Source of the DNA: Spirochaetia bacterium
GTDB lineage: Bacteria > Spirochaetota > Spirochaetia > DSM-2461
Direction of reading: 5' to 3'
Length of the DNA: 64,000 nt
Assembly: GCA_963666985.2 (NCBI GenBank)
Contig: CAXXIA010000002.1
Location: forward strand, 2,944,001-3,008,000
The stretch's first letter is position 1; each line of letters starts with the position of its first letter. The notes beneath the pieces were generated by a model. That model had not been told where the DNA came from. It worked only from the letters and a program-made list of their open reading frames with translations, and searched no databases. This document shows, in pieces, positions 30,170 through 38,990 of the stretch. The position numbers and the translations under genes are program-made.

Positions 30170-31491
30170 ACGATTCATTACGAACCGTAGACATTATTGC
30201 CGCGAAGCGAAACGGCGCGGTACTGACGGAAAAGCAGATTGAGACGTTCATCAAGGGATACGCCGACGGGAGCATCCCCGATTATCAGGCGGCGGCTTGG
30301 TGCATGGCTGTGTTTCTGAAAGGGATGAGTCCCGAAGAAACGGGTTTTCTGACACGGGCCATGATTCATTCCGGGGATATCATCAACCTCTCGGGATTGA
30401 AGGGGCCTTTCGTCGATAAGCATTCCACCGGCGGCGTGGGCGATAAAATTTCACTGATTCTGGCACCCCTGGCGGCCGCCTGCGGACTGAAAGTGCCCAT
30501 GATGAGCGGCCGCGCTCTCGGACATACCGGAGGAACTCTGGATAAACTGGAATCCATTCCCGGATATACCACCGCGCTTTCTCCGGAACGCTTTATCGAA
30601 GGCGTGGAGCGTATCGGTTACGCCATGACCGGACAAAGCGAATCCGTGGTGCCCGCCGACCGAAAGCTGTACGCGCTCAGGGATGTTATCGCCGCTGTGG
30701 AGTCCGTACCGCTGATTACCGCCAGCATCCTTTCAAAAAAATTCGCCGAAGGCTCGCAGGCTCTGGTTATGGACGTGAAGTGCGGCGGCGGGGCTTTTAT
30801 GAAAACCCCCGAAGAGGCGTCGGCCTTGGCGGACTCCCTGGTTCGGACCGGCGAGAGTCTGGGACGGAAGGTTGTGGCCGTTCTGACGGATATGTCCGAG
30901 CCCCTGGGCCGAATGGTGGGAAATTTTCTGGAAGTGGAAGAGTCTCTCGCCGCTCTCAGGGGTGAAGGTCCCGCGGATATCATGGAGCTGACCATCGGAC
31001 TTACGTCCTGGATGATTGTCGCGGGCGGACTGGAAACCGATGTATCCGCGGCCCGGGAGCGCTGCCGGAAAGCTTTGGCGGACGGATCGGCCATGGCGAA
31101 ATTCAGAAAAAACGTCGAGTTTCAGGGCGGCCGGCTTGAAGAACTCGATTCCATGCTGGGAAGCGCCCGGGCGGCGTACTTCCGGGACATTATGGCCTCC
31201 GAATCGGGTTATGTAACGGGCATCGACGCTTTTGCCGTCGGCATGGCCGGTGTGGCTCTGGGCGTGGGGCGCGATACGGCGGCCGACTCCGTGGAAGCAC
31301 TGGCCGGAGTTGAGTTTTTTCGAAAGACCGGTGAAAAAGTTGCTTCCGGAGAACCTTTGATGCGTCTTTACGCGGAAGATGAGGCTCGGCTGGATGCGGC
31401 CGAAACGCGGCTGGAAGGCGCCGTTGCGATTGGGCGTACACCGCCGCCGGAACGGAAAAGTCTGATACTTCGGGAGATTGTTCCGGAATGA
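30166..31491 (+). CDS. pdp: Pyrimidine-nucleoside/thymidine phosphorylase
   Basis: DKHSTGGVGDK, SGRALGHTGGTLDKLESIPG, ASILSKK. Confidence 0.94.
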   Translation: MNDSLRTVDIIAAKRNGAVLTEKQIETFIKGYADGSIPDYQAAAWCMAVFLKGMSPEETGFLTRAMIHSGDIINLSGLKGPFVDKHSTGGVGDKISLILAPLAAACGLKVPMMSGRALGHTGGTLDKLESIPGYTTALSPERFIEGVERIGYAMTGQSESVVPADRKLYALRDVIAAVESVPLITASILSKKFAEGSQALVMDVKCGGGAFMKTPEEASALADSLVRTGESLGRKVVAVLTDMSEPLGRMVGNFLEVEESLAALRGEGPADIMELTIGLTSWMIVAGGLETDVSAARERCRKALADGSAMAKFRKNVEFQGGRLEELDSMLGSARAAYFRDIMASESGYVTGIDAFAVGMAGVALGVGRDTAADSVEALAGVEFFRKTGEKVASGEPLMRLYAEDEARLDAAETRLEGAVAIGRTPPPERKSLILREIVPE

Positions 31492-33617
31492 AATGGGTGA
31501 AGCCGCCCATCGAGGGTGAGAGGGTTCGCGCCCTCGCGGCATCGCATAATCTGGATCTCTTAACGGCATCCATCCTTACCAGGAGGGATCTGACGGCTCC
31601 CGAACAAATCGCGTTTTTTCTGGAAGAAGATGAGAGATTCCTGCACAATCCTTTTCTGTTTCCCGATATGGAAAAGGCCGTGGACCGGATTCTTGCCGCC
31701 GCCGAAGAAGGCGAGAAAATCCTGATCTGCGGCGATAAGGACGCCGACGGCATCACCTCGACGGTTCTGATGATGGAAGCCTTGGCGGGAGTGGGACTGA
31801 ACGCCGAATGGCGCGTTCCCTTGGGTGATGACGATTACGGATTGAATTCGGACGTTCTGCTCCGAATGGCGGACGAAGATGTTACGCTCGTGATTACGGT
31901 CGACTGCGGAGTCACGGATTTTCAGGAGATCGCCCTGGCCGGAGAACTCGGCATGGACGTTCTTGTGTTCGATCATCACGTTCCGCGCTCCGAAGGTCTT
32001 CCCGACGCTTATGCCGTGGTGAATCCGAAAATTCCCGGAGATTATCCTTTTGGAGGATTGTGCGCCGCGGCTGTTGTGTCGAAGTTCCAATGGGCCCTTT
32101 GTTTGGCGGGAACCGATCTTTGGGGCGAAGAATTCTGTCTTGTTCTTGCCCGCCGGGAAGGCGATTCAATCGTTCTTGAAGCGGCCCGGATGAAAAATCT
32201 CATGGAAACCGGCAGAATCCGTGCGGAAAGCGGCACAATAGAGGATAAGGATCGTTTCCTTCGCTTTATCGAAGGGCTGCCCCTGTTTACTTACGGCGCG
32301 GGGGAACAGGTGCCGCTGATTTCGGCCTTCTTCGGAGGCGCCGAGGTGCATATCGCGGATATCACCGATCGAATCATCGCCGCCTTTCCGGCGTTTCGCG
32401 GCCGTTCTTTGGACGATTTGGAAAAAGGCAGCCGCCTGGCCCGTTATTTCCCCGGAAAAAGCGGGAGTCTTTCCTCCCTGGTGAATCTGCTGATTACCCT
32501 CCAATACCGCTCGATTTCCGATGCTTTTAATCCCTGGAGAAGAGGACTGGATTTGGTGGCCGTCGGCACGTTGGCCGATTTGATGCCTCTGGAAGATGAG
32601 AACCGCATTCTCGTCAGGCTGGGACTGGATCGGCTGAACGCATCGGACGGCATGCGGGAGAGGAGAGCCGCGATCCGGGAGCTGCTTGTTCGTCAGCGTC
32701 TTCATGAGGGACGCATCGGAGCGACGGAACTGGCATGGCAGATATGCCCCCTTATCAATGCTTCGGGCAGGATGGGACGTGCGGATATCGGTGTGGAACT
32801 GCTGCTGGAGAAGGATTCGGCGAGAATCGCTTTGCTTGCGGACAGTCTGATGGATCTGAACAAACAGCGGCGATCGCTGGGCGAGAGCGCTTGGGAGCGA
32901 ATCCGTCCAAAGGCTTATGCCTCGGCCGAGGAACTCGGAGGGCGCATGGTTCTTGTAACCGATGAACAGGCTCCGCGGGGCATTACCGGTATTTTGGCCA
33001 CGCGTCTTCAAAAAGCACTTGACGCGGCGGCCATCGTTATTTCGGTCCGGGGTGAGGCGTCTTCCGGATCCATCCGCTGTGACGAAGGGATGAACGCTCT
33101 TGATTGGCTGGAAACCATGGCGCCGCTTTTGGACGATTTCGGAGGGCATCCCCGGGCCGGAGGATTTCGGATTAAAGCTGAAAAAATCGAAGATTTGATT
33201 CGGCGGACGAAAACGTGGCTCGAAGATGAATCCCACGCGCCGGCCGAGACCGAAACGCTGACCGTCGATGCCGAGCTGACTCACGGAGAAATCGCCAAGC
33301 TCGGTCCTCAAGGATTGGAAAAGCTTTTGGAAAGCCTGGAACCGTATGGAGAAGGATTCCGCCCGCTGACGTTCCTGACCCGTTCCGTACGGATTCATCA
33401 AGCCGATTTGGTCGGCAAACCCGATAACAATCATTTGAAGCTTTCCGTATCGCTCGGCGAAAATCGCTGGCCGGCGCTGTGGTGGGACGGCGCCGAACGA
33501 TATGGAACCGTCATCAAGAAAGACTCGGACGTCGATTTGGTGTATCGAATCGACCGGGACCGCTGGAGGGGCGCTCACGCCCGCAGACTCACTGTTCTGG
33601 AGGCAACGCCGTGCTGA
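31488..33617 (+). CDS. recJ: ssDNA-specific exonuclease RecJ (long form)
   Basis: GDKDADG, TVDCG, DHH, GTLADLMPL..ENR, PLINASGR, FGGH. Confidence 0.93.
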   Translation: MKWVKPPIEGERVRALAASHNLDLLTASILTRRDLTAPEQIAFFLEEDERFLHNPFLFPDMEKAVDRILAAAEEGEKILICGDKDADGITSTVLMMEALAGVGLNAEWRVPLGDDDYGLNSDVLLRMADEDVTLVITVDCGVTDFQEIALAGELGMDVLVFDHHVPRSEGLPDAYAVVNPKIPGDYPFGGLCAAAVVSKFQWALCLAGTDLWGEEFCLVLARREGDSIVLEAARMKNLMETGRIRAESGTIEDKDRFLRFIEGLPLFTYGAGEQVPLISAFFGGAEVHIADITDRIIAAFPAFRGRSLDDLEKGSRLARYFPGKSGSLSSLVNLLITLQYRSISDAFNPWRRGLDLVAVGTLADLMPLEDENRILVRLGLDRLNASDGMRERRAAIRELLVRQRLHEGRIGATELAWQICPLINASGRMGRADIGVELLLEKDSARIALLADSLMDLNKQRRSLGESAWERIRPKAYASAEELGGRMVLVTDEQAPRGITGILATRLQKALDAAAIVISVRGEASSGSIRCDEGMNALDWLETMAPLLDDFGGHPRAGGFRIKAEKIEDLIRRTKTWLEDESHAPAETETLTVDAELTHGEIAKLGPQGLEKLLESLEPYGEGFRPLTFLTRSVRIHQADLVGKPDNNHLKLSVSLGENRWPALWWDGAERYGTVIKKDSDVDLVYRIDRDRWRGAHARRLTVLEATPC

Positions 33618-34546
33618 ATCCCGGGCGATTCCTTTTTATAACTCTTTTAACGGTGTTCGCATCCGCTCTTGCGGCCGGTTCGGAGCCGGTGCTTTATTGC
33701 GCGGATTACGCGGAAGCCGGCGATGTTGTGCAGCTGGTCGTCTCCGGAGGAGACTTGGAAGATATCGTTGTTTCCTTAAGGGACTCGTCGGACCGTGCGG
33801 TGAGCCGAACCGAGGGCTTCCTTTGGACCACTCCGACGGGACGAACGGCGTCGGTGGCCCTTCTCGGCGTGCCTGTTTCGGCCGTTTCGGGCCGATATCG
33901 TGTGGTTCTGGACGCAAGGCAGGGCCGGGCGGAATGGCGTTTGGAAAAGACCGTTTCCGTTGTAAGGCCCGAGTTCCGGGAAACCGTCGTTGAGATGGAC
34001 GGAACCATGGACGCTCTGTATTCCGATGAATCCGAGAGGAAAAAAGCGGAGGCGAGGATTCTTTGGTCGGTTTTAACTTCATTCGACGGCAGAGCTTTGT
34101 TTCATATGGGGCCGTTAATCCGGCCGCTGGACGAGGCCGTCAGAACGGCGGGCTTCGGCGATCGCCGCCGGTATCGATCTCCCGAGGGGGCGGAAACGGC
34201 CGCGATTCATTTCGGCGAGGATTACGGTGCCGAGAAAGGTACGCCGGTTCGCGCGAGCGGCAGCGGCCGGGTGATGATGGCGAGCGAACGTCTGATGACG
34301 GGCAACACGGTTGTTTTGGAGCATCTGCCGGGTGTGTATACGCTGTATTATCATTTGGATTCCATAGAAGTACGGGAAGGGGAGAAAACGGATCAGGGGG
34401 ATATTATCGGCCGGGTTGGGGAAACCGGTTTCGCCACCGGGAATCATCTGCACTGGGAACTTCGTGTCGGGGCCGTCCCCGTGAATCCTCTGCATTTTCT
34501 CAGTCGTCCTCTTCTTGACACATCCATGATCATGAGTAATATGTAG
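33611..34546 (+). CDS. M23 family metallopeptidase, exported
   Basis: HFGED, YYHL, GETGFATGNHLHWE; signal peptide after GTG 33611. Confidence 0.88.
   Translation: MLNPGRFLFITLLTVFASALAAGSEPVLYCADYAEAGDVVQLVVSGGDLEDIVVSLRDSSDRAVSRTEGFLWTTPTGRTASVALLGVPVSAVSGRYRVVLDARQGRAEWRLEKTVSVVRPEFRETVVEMDGTMDALYSDESERKKAEARILWSVLTSFDGRALFHMGPLIRPLDEAVRTAGFGDRRRYRSPEGAETAAIHFGEDYGAEKGTPVRASGSGRVMMASERLMTGNTVVLEHLPGVYTLYYHLDSIEVREGEKTDQGDIIGRVGETGFATGNHLHWELRVGAVPVNPLHFLSRPLLDTSMIMSNM
34515..34542 (+). promoter_or_regulatory. Putative sigma70 promoter for rpsU inside the end of the M23 gene
   Basis: TTGACA-16 nt-TAATAT. Confidence 0.55.
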
Positions 34547-34605
34547 TGGCATTTTACGCCGTTGATTTCGGCGGGATTTACAGGTGCAAAGGGAGGTGAT
34601 TTCAC

Positions 34606-34815
34606 ATCGCCTACATTCGAATTAACGACGAAGAGCCTCTTGAAAAGGCCATTAAGCGCTTCAAGCGCATGGTTGAGAAAGAAGGCATTATCCGGGAATA
34701 TAAGCGGCGGGAGTATTTCGAGAAGCCTTCCACCATCAAAAACCGGAAAAAGAAGGCTTTGGAGCGCAAGCAGATGAAGAAGATCCGCAAGGCTCAGAGT
34801 CAGAACCGGTATTAG
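34606..34815 (+). CDS. rpsU: 30S ribosomal protein bS21 (ATC start codon; absent from the ORF track)
   Basis: Manual translation (M)[79 protein letters not shown] 5 nt upstream. Confidence 0.95.
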   Translation: MAYIRINDEEPLEKAIKRFKRMVEKEGIIREYKRREYFEKPSTIKNRKKKALERKQMKKIRKAQSQNRY

Positions 34816-34855
34816 TCCGGCTTAGTTTGATTGATTACCGTTCTCGGTAAAGATG

Positions 34856-34881
34856 AACCCGACTTCAGGTCGGGTTTTCTT
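34856..34881 (+). terminator. Intrinsic terminator after rpsU
   Basis: AACCCGAC-TTCAG-GTCGGGTT followed by TTCTT. Confidence 0.7.
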
Positions 34882-34911
34882 ATGCCCTCCGAACGGGTAT
34901 ATTGGCTCATT

Positions 34912-35337
34912 ATGCCTCTTTATGTTCTGATCGCCGCCGTCGGTGCGGCCGTTCTTTTTTTCTTACTGCTGTCGGCTTCGGTGGTTCGTCTCCGGCGGAA
35001 AGCCGGTACGAACCGCGAAATAACGGAGCTTATCGGTCAGGATCAGTACGAATACACAATCATCGACGTCAGAGAACGCGACGACTTTTCCAGATCCCAC
35101 ATGCCGGCCGCGAAAAACATTCCCCACAATACGTTCGACGGAGGTTTGCCGACGGAGAATATGTTCGAGAAGATTTTCGTGTACGGACCCAACGGACGCA
35201 TCGCCCGGCGAATCGCCAGAACACTGGACCGAACGGGATATTTCAACGTAACCTGCTGCGGCGCCTTTCGCGGCTGGAAAGGGCCCGTTGTTTCCGATAT
35301 CGCAATTGAGCCCGACTCCGAAGGATCATCATCATGA
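34912..35337 (+). CDS. Membrane-anchored rhodanese-like domain protein
   Basis: N-terminal TM; IIDVRE..F..SHMPAAKNIP; GAF.GW. The active-site Cys is not evident. Confidence 0.8.
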   Translation: MPLYVLIAAVGAAVLFFLLLSASVVRLRRKAGTNREITELIGQDQYEYTIIDVRERDDFSRSHMPAAKNIPHNTFDGGLPTENMFEKIFVYGPNGRIARRIARTLDRTGYFNVTCCGAFRGWKGPVVSDIAIEPDSEGSSS

Positions 35338-38267
35338 AAACGAATTTCGATAACCGGGGATTCGAGACACTCTCGGCCGATCCCCTGGATGAATACAGGG
35401 CCGAAGGTCTCTTTCTTCGGCATAAGCGCACCGGCGCCGAAATCTACAGCGTTCACGCCGACGACGAGGAGAACCTCGTTTCTTATGCCTTTCGTACTCC
35501 GCCTTACGACCATACGGGAGTGCCTCATATTTTGGAGCATACGGTTCTCTGCGGCTCCGAGCGGTATCCGCTGAAAGATCCTTTCCTGGTTATGCTGAAA
35601 GGGAGCGCCCATACCTTCCTGAACGCCATGACTTACCCGGACAAGACCGTTTATCCGGCGGCCAGTACCGTCAAAGCCGATTTCTTGAATCTGCTTCGCG
35701 TTTACGGCGACGCCGTGTTCTTTCCCCTGCTGAAGAGAGAAGCTTTTGAACAGGAAGGACACAGGCTTGAGTTTGAAGAGAACGGAGATTTGGTGCGGGC
35801 CGGCGTTGTTCTGAACGAAATGAAAGGAAGTTATTCCTCGGTGGAGTCCGTCGCGGGAGACTGGACTCTTCGATCGCTGTTTCCCGATTCCCCGTACGGC
35901 TGGGACTCCGGCGGAGATCCGGAGCATATTCCGTCCCTCACCTATGAAGCCTTCCGGGCCTTTCATGCCGAATGGTACCATCCGTCCAACTCCCGAATCT
36001 TCCTCTACGGCAATCACGATTTGGATGAGGTTCTTTCCATACTCGACGGAGAATTTTTAAGCCGTTTCGATTACCGCGACATCAAATCGGAAATACCGCT
36101 GCAGCCGCGCTGGAATGAACCTCGGTGCATGGAAACGTTTTGGCCTTCTTCGCCCGAAGATTCCGCGGATCGAAAAACAACGATCAGCGTAAACTGGCTT
36201 TTGGGAGAATCGACCGATCCTCTTTCGGTTCTCTCCAGTCAGGTGCTTTCTTTCATTCTTCTGGGACACGGCGGGGCTCCTCTGCAGAAGGCCATTGTCG
36301 ACAGCGGTCTCGGAGAGGATGTTTCGCCCGTGAGCGGGCTTGAGACCGAATTACGGCAGATGGTTTTTTCCGCCGCCCTCCGGGGAACCGATGCCGATTC
36401 AAGGAAGGCTTTCGAGGAGCTGGTAACCGCAACTTTGGAAAAAGCGGTGTCCGGACTGGATGCCGATCTTATTGAAGGCGCTTTGCGGACCGTGGAATTC
36501 CGTGCTCGGGAAATCCGCGGGGGATCTCCCTTCGGAATGCGTCTGATGAAGCGGGCGCTCAGGGGATGGCTTCACGGCCGTCCGCCTTTGGAGAGTCTGG
36601 CATTCAAGGAACCTATGGCCGAACTGCGCCGACGGGCGGTTCCGGGATATTTCGAGAATATCATCCGGCGGGATCTCTTGGAAAATCCTCACAGGTCCAC
36701 GGTCGCGGTGCTGCCCGATCCGACACTGCAATCCCGACGCGACGCAGAGGAAAAAAAGAGTCTCAGCGAACTCCGCGCGGCTTTCTCTCCGGCGGATTTT
36801 GAACGGCTTGAATCCTCTCTGGAGGCACTTGATGAGTTTCAGGAAGTGCCTGACTCCGGTGAAGATTTGGCGCGCATTCCCTTTCTTTCCCGTGAGGATT
36901 TGCCGAGAAACGTGCGGATACTGCCTTTGACCGAAGGTGTCCGAGAAAATCTTCGCTGGTTTCGGCACGATACCTACGCCAACGGTGTGGGCTATTTGGA
37001 AACGGCCTTTAATTTGGAAGGCCTTGCTCCGCAGCTTCAGGTCTGGATGCCGCTTTTCGGCAGAGCCCTTACCGATGTCGGTCTTCCGGGCCGGGGCTTC
37101 GACGATGTGGCCCGGGATTTGGCGATGAAGACCGGAGGGCTGGGCTGTTCTTTGGAAGCTTCTCCGATTCATCCCGATGCCGGAGGCGGCATCAAACTGT
37201 CGCTGTTTGTGCATCTGAAAGCTCTTTCTTCGCAATGGGATGAAGCTCTGGGGATAACTTCCGCGCTGCTTAATTCGGCGGATTTTACGGATGAGGATCG
37301 CATTTGGGATTTGTTGGTTGAACTGCGCAACGATTTCCGTTCCGCTGTTGTTCCCTCAGGACATTCTTTCGCCGCATTAAGGGCTTCAACAAGGCATTCG
37401 CCGACGGCACCGTGGGAAGATCTTTGGTACGGCATCGATCAGCTGAGGTTTCTGCAAAACGCCGTCGACGGCGGAAAAAAAGGCGCTGCGGCCGCTTGCC
37501 GGGCGCTTGAAGGCATCCGGGACGCGGTGATTCGGCGGGGGAATCTTACCCTGGCGGTTACCGGTGATCCGCAGGAGTCCTCGGAACTGCTGGAGAAAGC
37601 TCTTGCCGCGGCGGAGTCGCTTCCCGGCGGCGTCTGCGAACCGGCCGATGCGCCCCGGCTTTTTAGGCATGAAACACGGGGAGAGTCCCTGACCGTACCG
37701 TCGGCGGTTTCTTTTTCGGCCGTGAGTTTGCCGGCGCCCATTCTGGGCAGTCCCGAGCATGCACGGGCCGGATTGCTGGCGCATATTCTTAAAACGGGAT
37801 ATCTCTGGGAGCATATCCGCATGAAGGGCGGCGCATACGGTGCCTCCGCGTCGGTGTCCAGTCTGGAAGGGAATTTCGTTTTTACGACATATCGGGATCC
37901 GTCCATCGCACCGAGTCTGGAAACATTTCGTGAAGCCCTGAAATGGGCCGCTGAAGAGCTGGATGATGAAACGGTTTCCATGGCGATCATCGGTTCTGTG
38001 GGGAAGGAACTGCGCCCTCTGGGACCCGGCGAGAGCGGGGCGGTTGCCTTTAAGAGAAAACTGTACGGAATCGATGATGAAATCAGACAAAGGCGGCGGG
38101 ATGTTCAGCTTGCCGCTTCCGCGGATGATTTACGCGGCGAGGCAAAGGCTCTTCTGGAGGGCTGGGAGAAACGGTCGGTGACCGTCGTGGCCGGCGGTGA
38201 TGCCCTGGACGAAGCCGCTGCGGCCTGCCCGGAGCTCGCCGAATCACGGATCGTACTTCCTTCATGA
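35334..38267 (+). CDS. Insulinase-family M16C peptidase (PreP/Cym1-like)
   Basis: HILEH inverzincin motif, FLNAMTYPDKT, VVLNEMKG, IRMKGGAYG, YRDP. Confidence 0.95.
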   Translation: MKTNFDNRGFETLSADPLDEYRAEGLFLRHKRTGAEIYSVHADDEENLVSYAFRTPPYDHTGVPHILEHTVLCGSERYPLKDPFLVMLKGSAHTFLNAMTYPDKTVYPAASTVKADFLNLLRVYGDAVFFPLLKREAFEQEGHRLEFEENGDLVRAGVVLNEMKGSYSSVESVAGDWTLRSLFPDSPYGWDSGGDPEHIPSLTYEAFRAFHAEWYHPSNSRIFLYGNHDLDEVLSILDGEFLSRFDYRDIKSEIPLQPRWNEPRCMETFWPSSPEDSADRKTTISVNWLLGESTDPLSVLSSQVLSFILLGHGGAPLQKAIVDSGLGEDVSPVSGLETELRQMVFSAALRGTDADSRKAFEELVTATLEKAVSGLDADLIEGALRTVEFRAREIRGGSPFGMRLMKRALRGWLHGRPPLESLAFKEPMAELRRRAVPGYFENIIRRDLLENPHRSTVAVLPDPTLQSRRDAEEKKSLSELRAAFSPADFERLESSLEALDEFQEVPDSGEDLARIPFLSREDLPRNVRILPLTEGVRENLRWFRHDTYANGVGYLETAFNLEGLAPQLQVWMPLFGRALTDVGLPGRGFDDVARDLAMKTGGLGCSLEASPIHPDAGGGIKLSLFVHLKALSSQWDEALGITSALLNSADFTDEDRIWDLLVELRNDFRSAVVPSGHSFAALRASTRHSPTAPWEDLWYGIDQLRFLQNAVDGGKKGAAAACRALEGIRDAVIRRGNLTLAVTGDPQESSELLEKALAAAESLPGGVCEPADAPRLFRHETRGESLTVPSAVSFSAVSLPAPILGSPEHARAGLLAHILKTGYLWEHIRMKGGAYGASASVSSLEGNFVFTTYRDPSIAPSLETFREALKWAAEELDDETVSMAIIGSVGKELRPLGPGESGAVAFKRKLYGIDDEIRQRRRDVQLAASADDLRGEAKALLEGWEKRSVTVVAGGDALDEAAAACPELAESRIVLPS

Positions 38268-38277
38268 AGGTATTCGA

Positions 38278-38931
38278 ATGAAAATTCTATGCCCCGGATG
38301 CTTTGAGCGGATTCCGGAAGATGACCTCAACATCGGCAAGGATTTGGCCTATTGCCGTAAATGTGACGAAGCCTTTTCGGTTTCGGAGCTTTTGAGAACA
38401 ACATCCAAGCAGGATGACGACGAACTGCTCACGCCTCCGAAAGGGGCATGGTTTCAGGAAACGGTGTATGGATTTACCGTCGGTGCCACAACACGGTCTC
38501 CTGTTGCCTTTTTTATGGTTCCTTTCATGCTGGTTTGGTCCGGAGGATCTTTGGGAGGAATCTACGGAACACAAATCGCTTCCGGTGAGTTCAATCCGCT
38601 TCTTTCTTTATTCGGGATTCCTTTTTTGCTCGGTTCGATCCTCTTTTGGTCTCTTACACTGCTCTATATCTGGGGAAAAGTGGAAGTTGTAGTCGGCAGT
38701 GAGAGTTATGTCTTCGTAGGCGTTGGAACTATCGGATGGAAGCGGCGATTTGATTGGGATGAAATTGAATCAATTCGAGAATCATCGGCTTCCGGTTTTT
38801 CTTCAAATCGCTACAGCGCGATTTATTTGGAAGGCCAAACGCGCATCAAGTTCGGACAGTATTTATCAAATGAATCCCGCAAGTTTTTCTTGATTGATAC
38901 ACTTCGGAAAAAGCTGAATTCCCGGCGCTAA
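38278..38931 (+). CDS. Hypothetical membrane protein with N-terminal Zn-ribbon and 2 TM segments
   Basis: CPGC...CRKC, two hydrophobic segments, clean ORF between co-oriented genes. Confidence 0.7.
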   Translation: MKILCPGCFERIPEDDLNIGKDLAYCRKCDEAFSVSELLRTTSKQDDDELLTPPKGAWFQETVYGFTVGATTRSPVAFFMVPFMLVWSGGSLGGIYGTQIASGEFNPLLSLFGIPFLLGSILFWSLTLLYIWGKVEVVVGSESYVFVGVGTIGWKRRFDWDEIESIRESSASGFSSNRYSAIYLEGQTRIKFGQYLSNESRKFFLIDTLRKKLNSRR

Positions 38932-38990
38932 TAAGGTCGGGAGATTTTTCGACTGTTTTCGCTTCTGAAAATTCATCATATTCTTTACTC

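Noticed and set aside
34562..34777. 71-aa ORF from the ORF track
   Set aside because: Wrong frame; the real gene here is rpsU in another frame.
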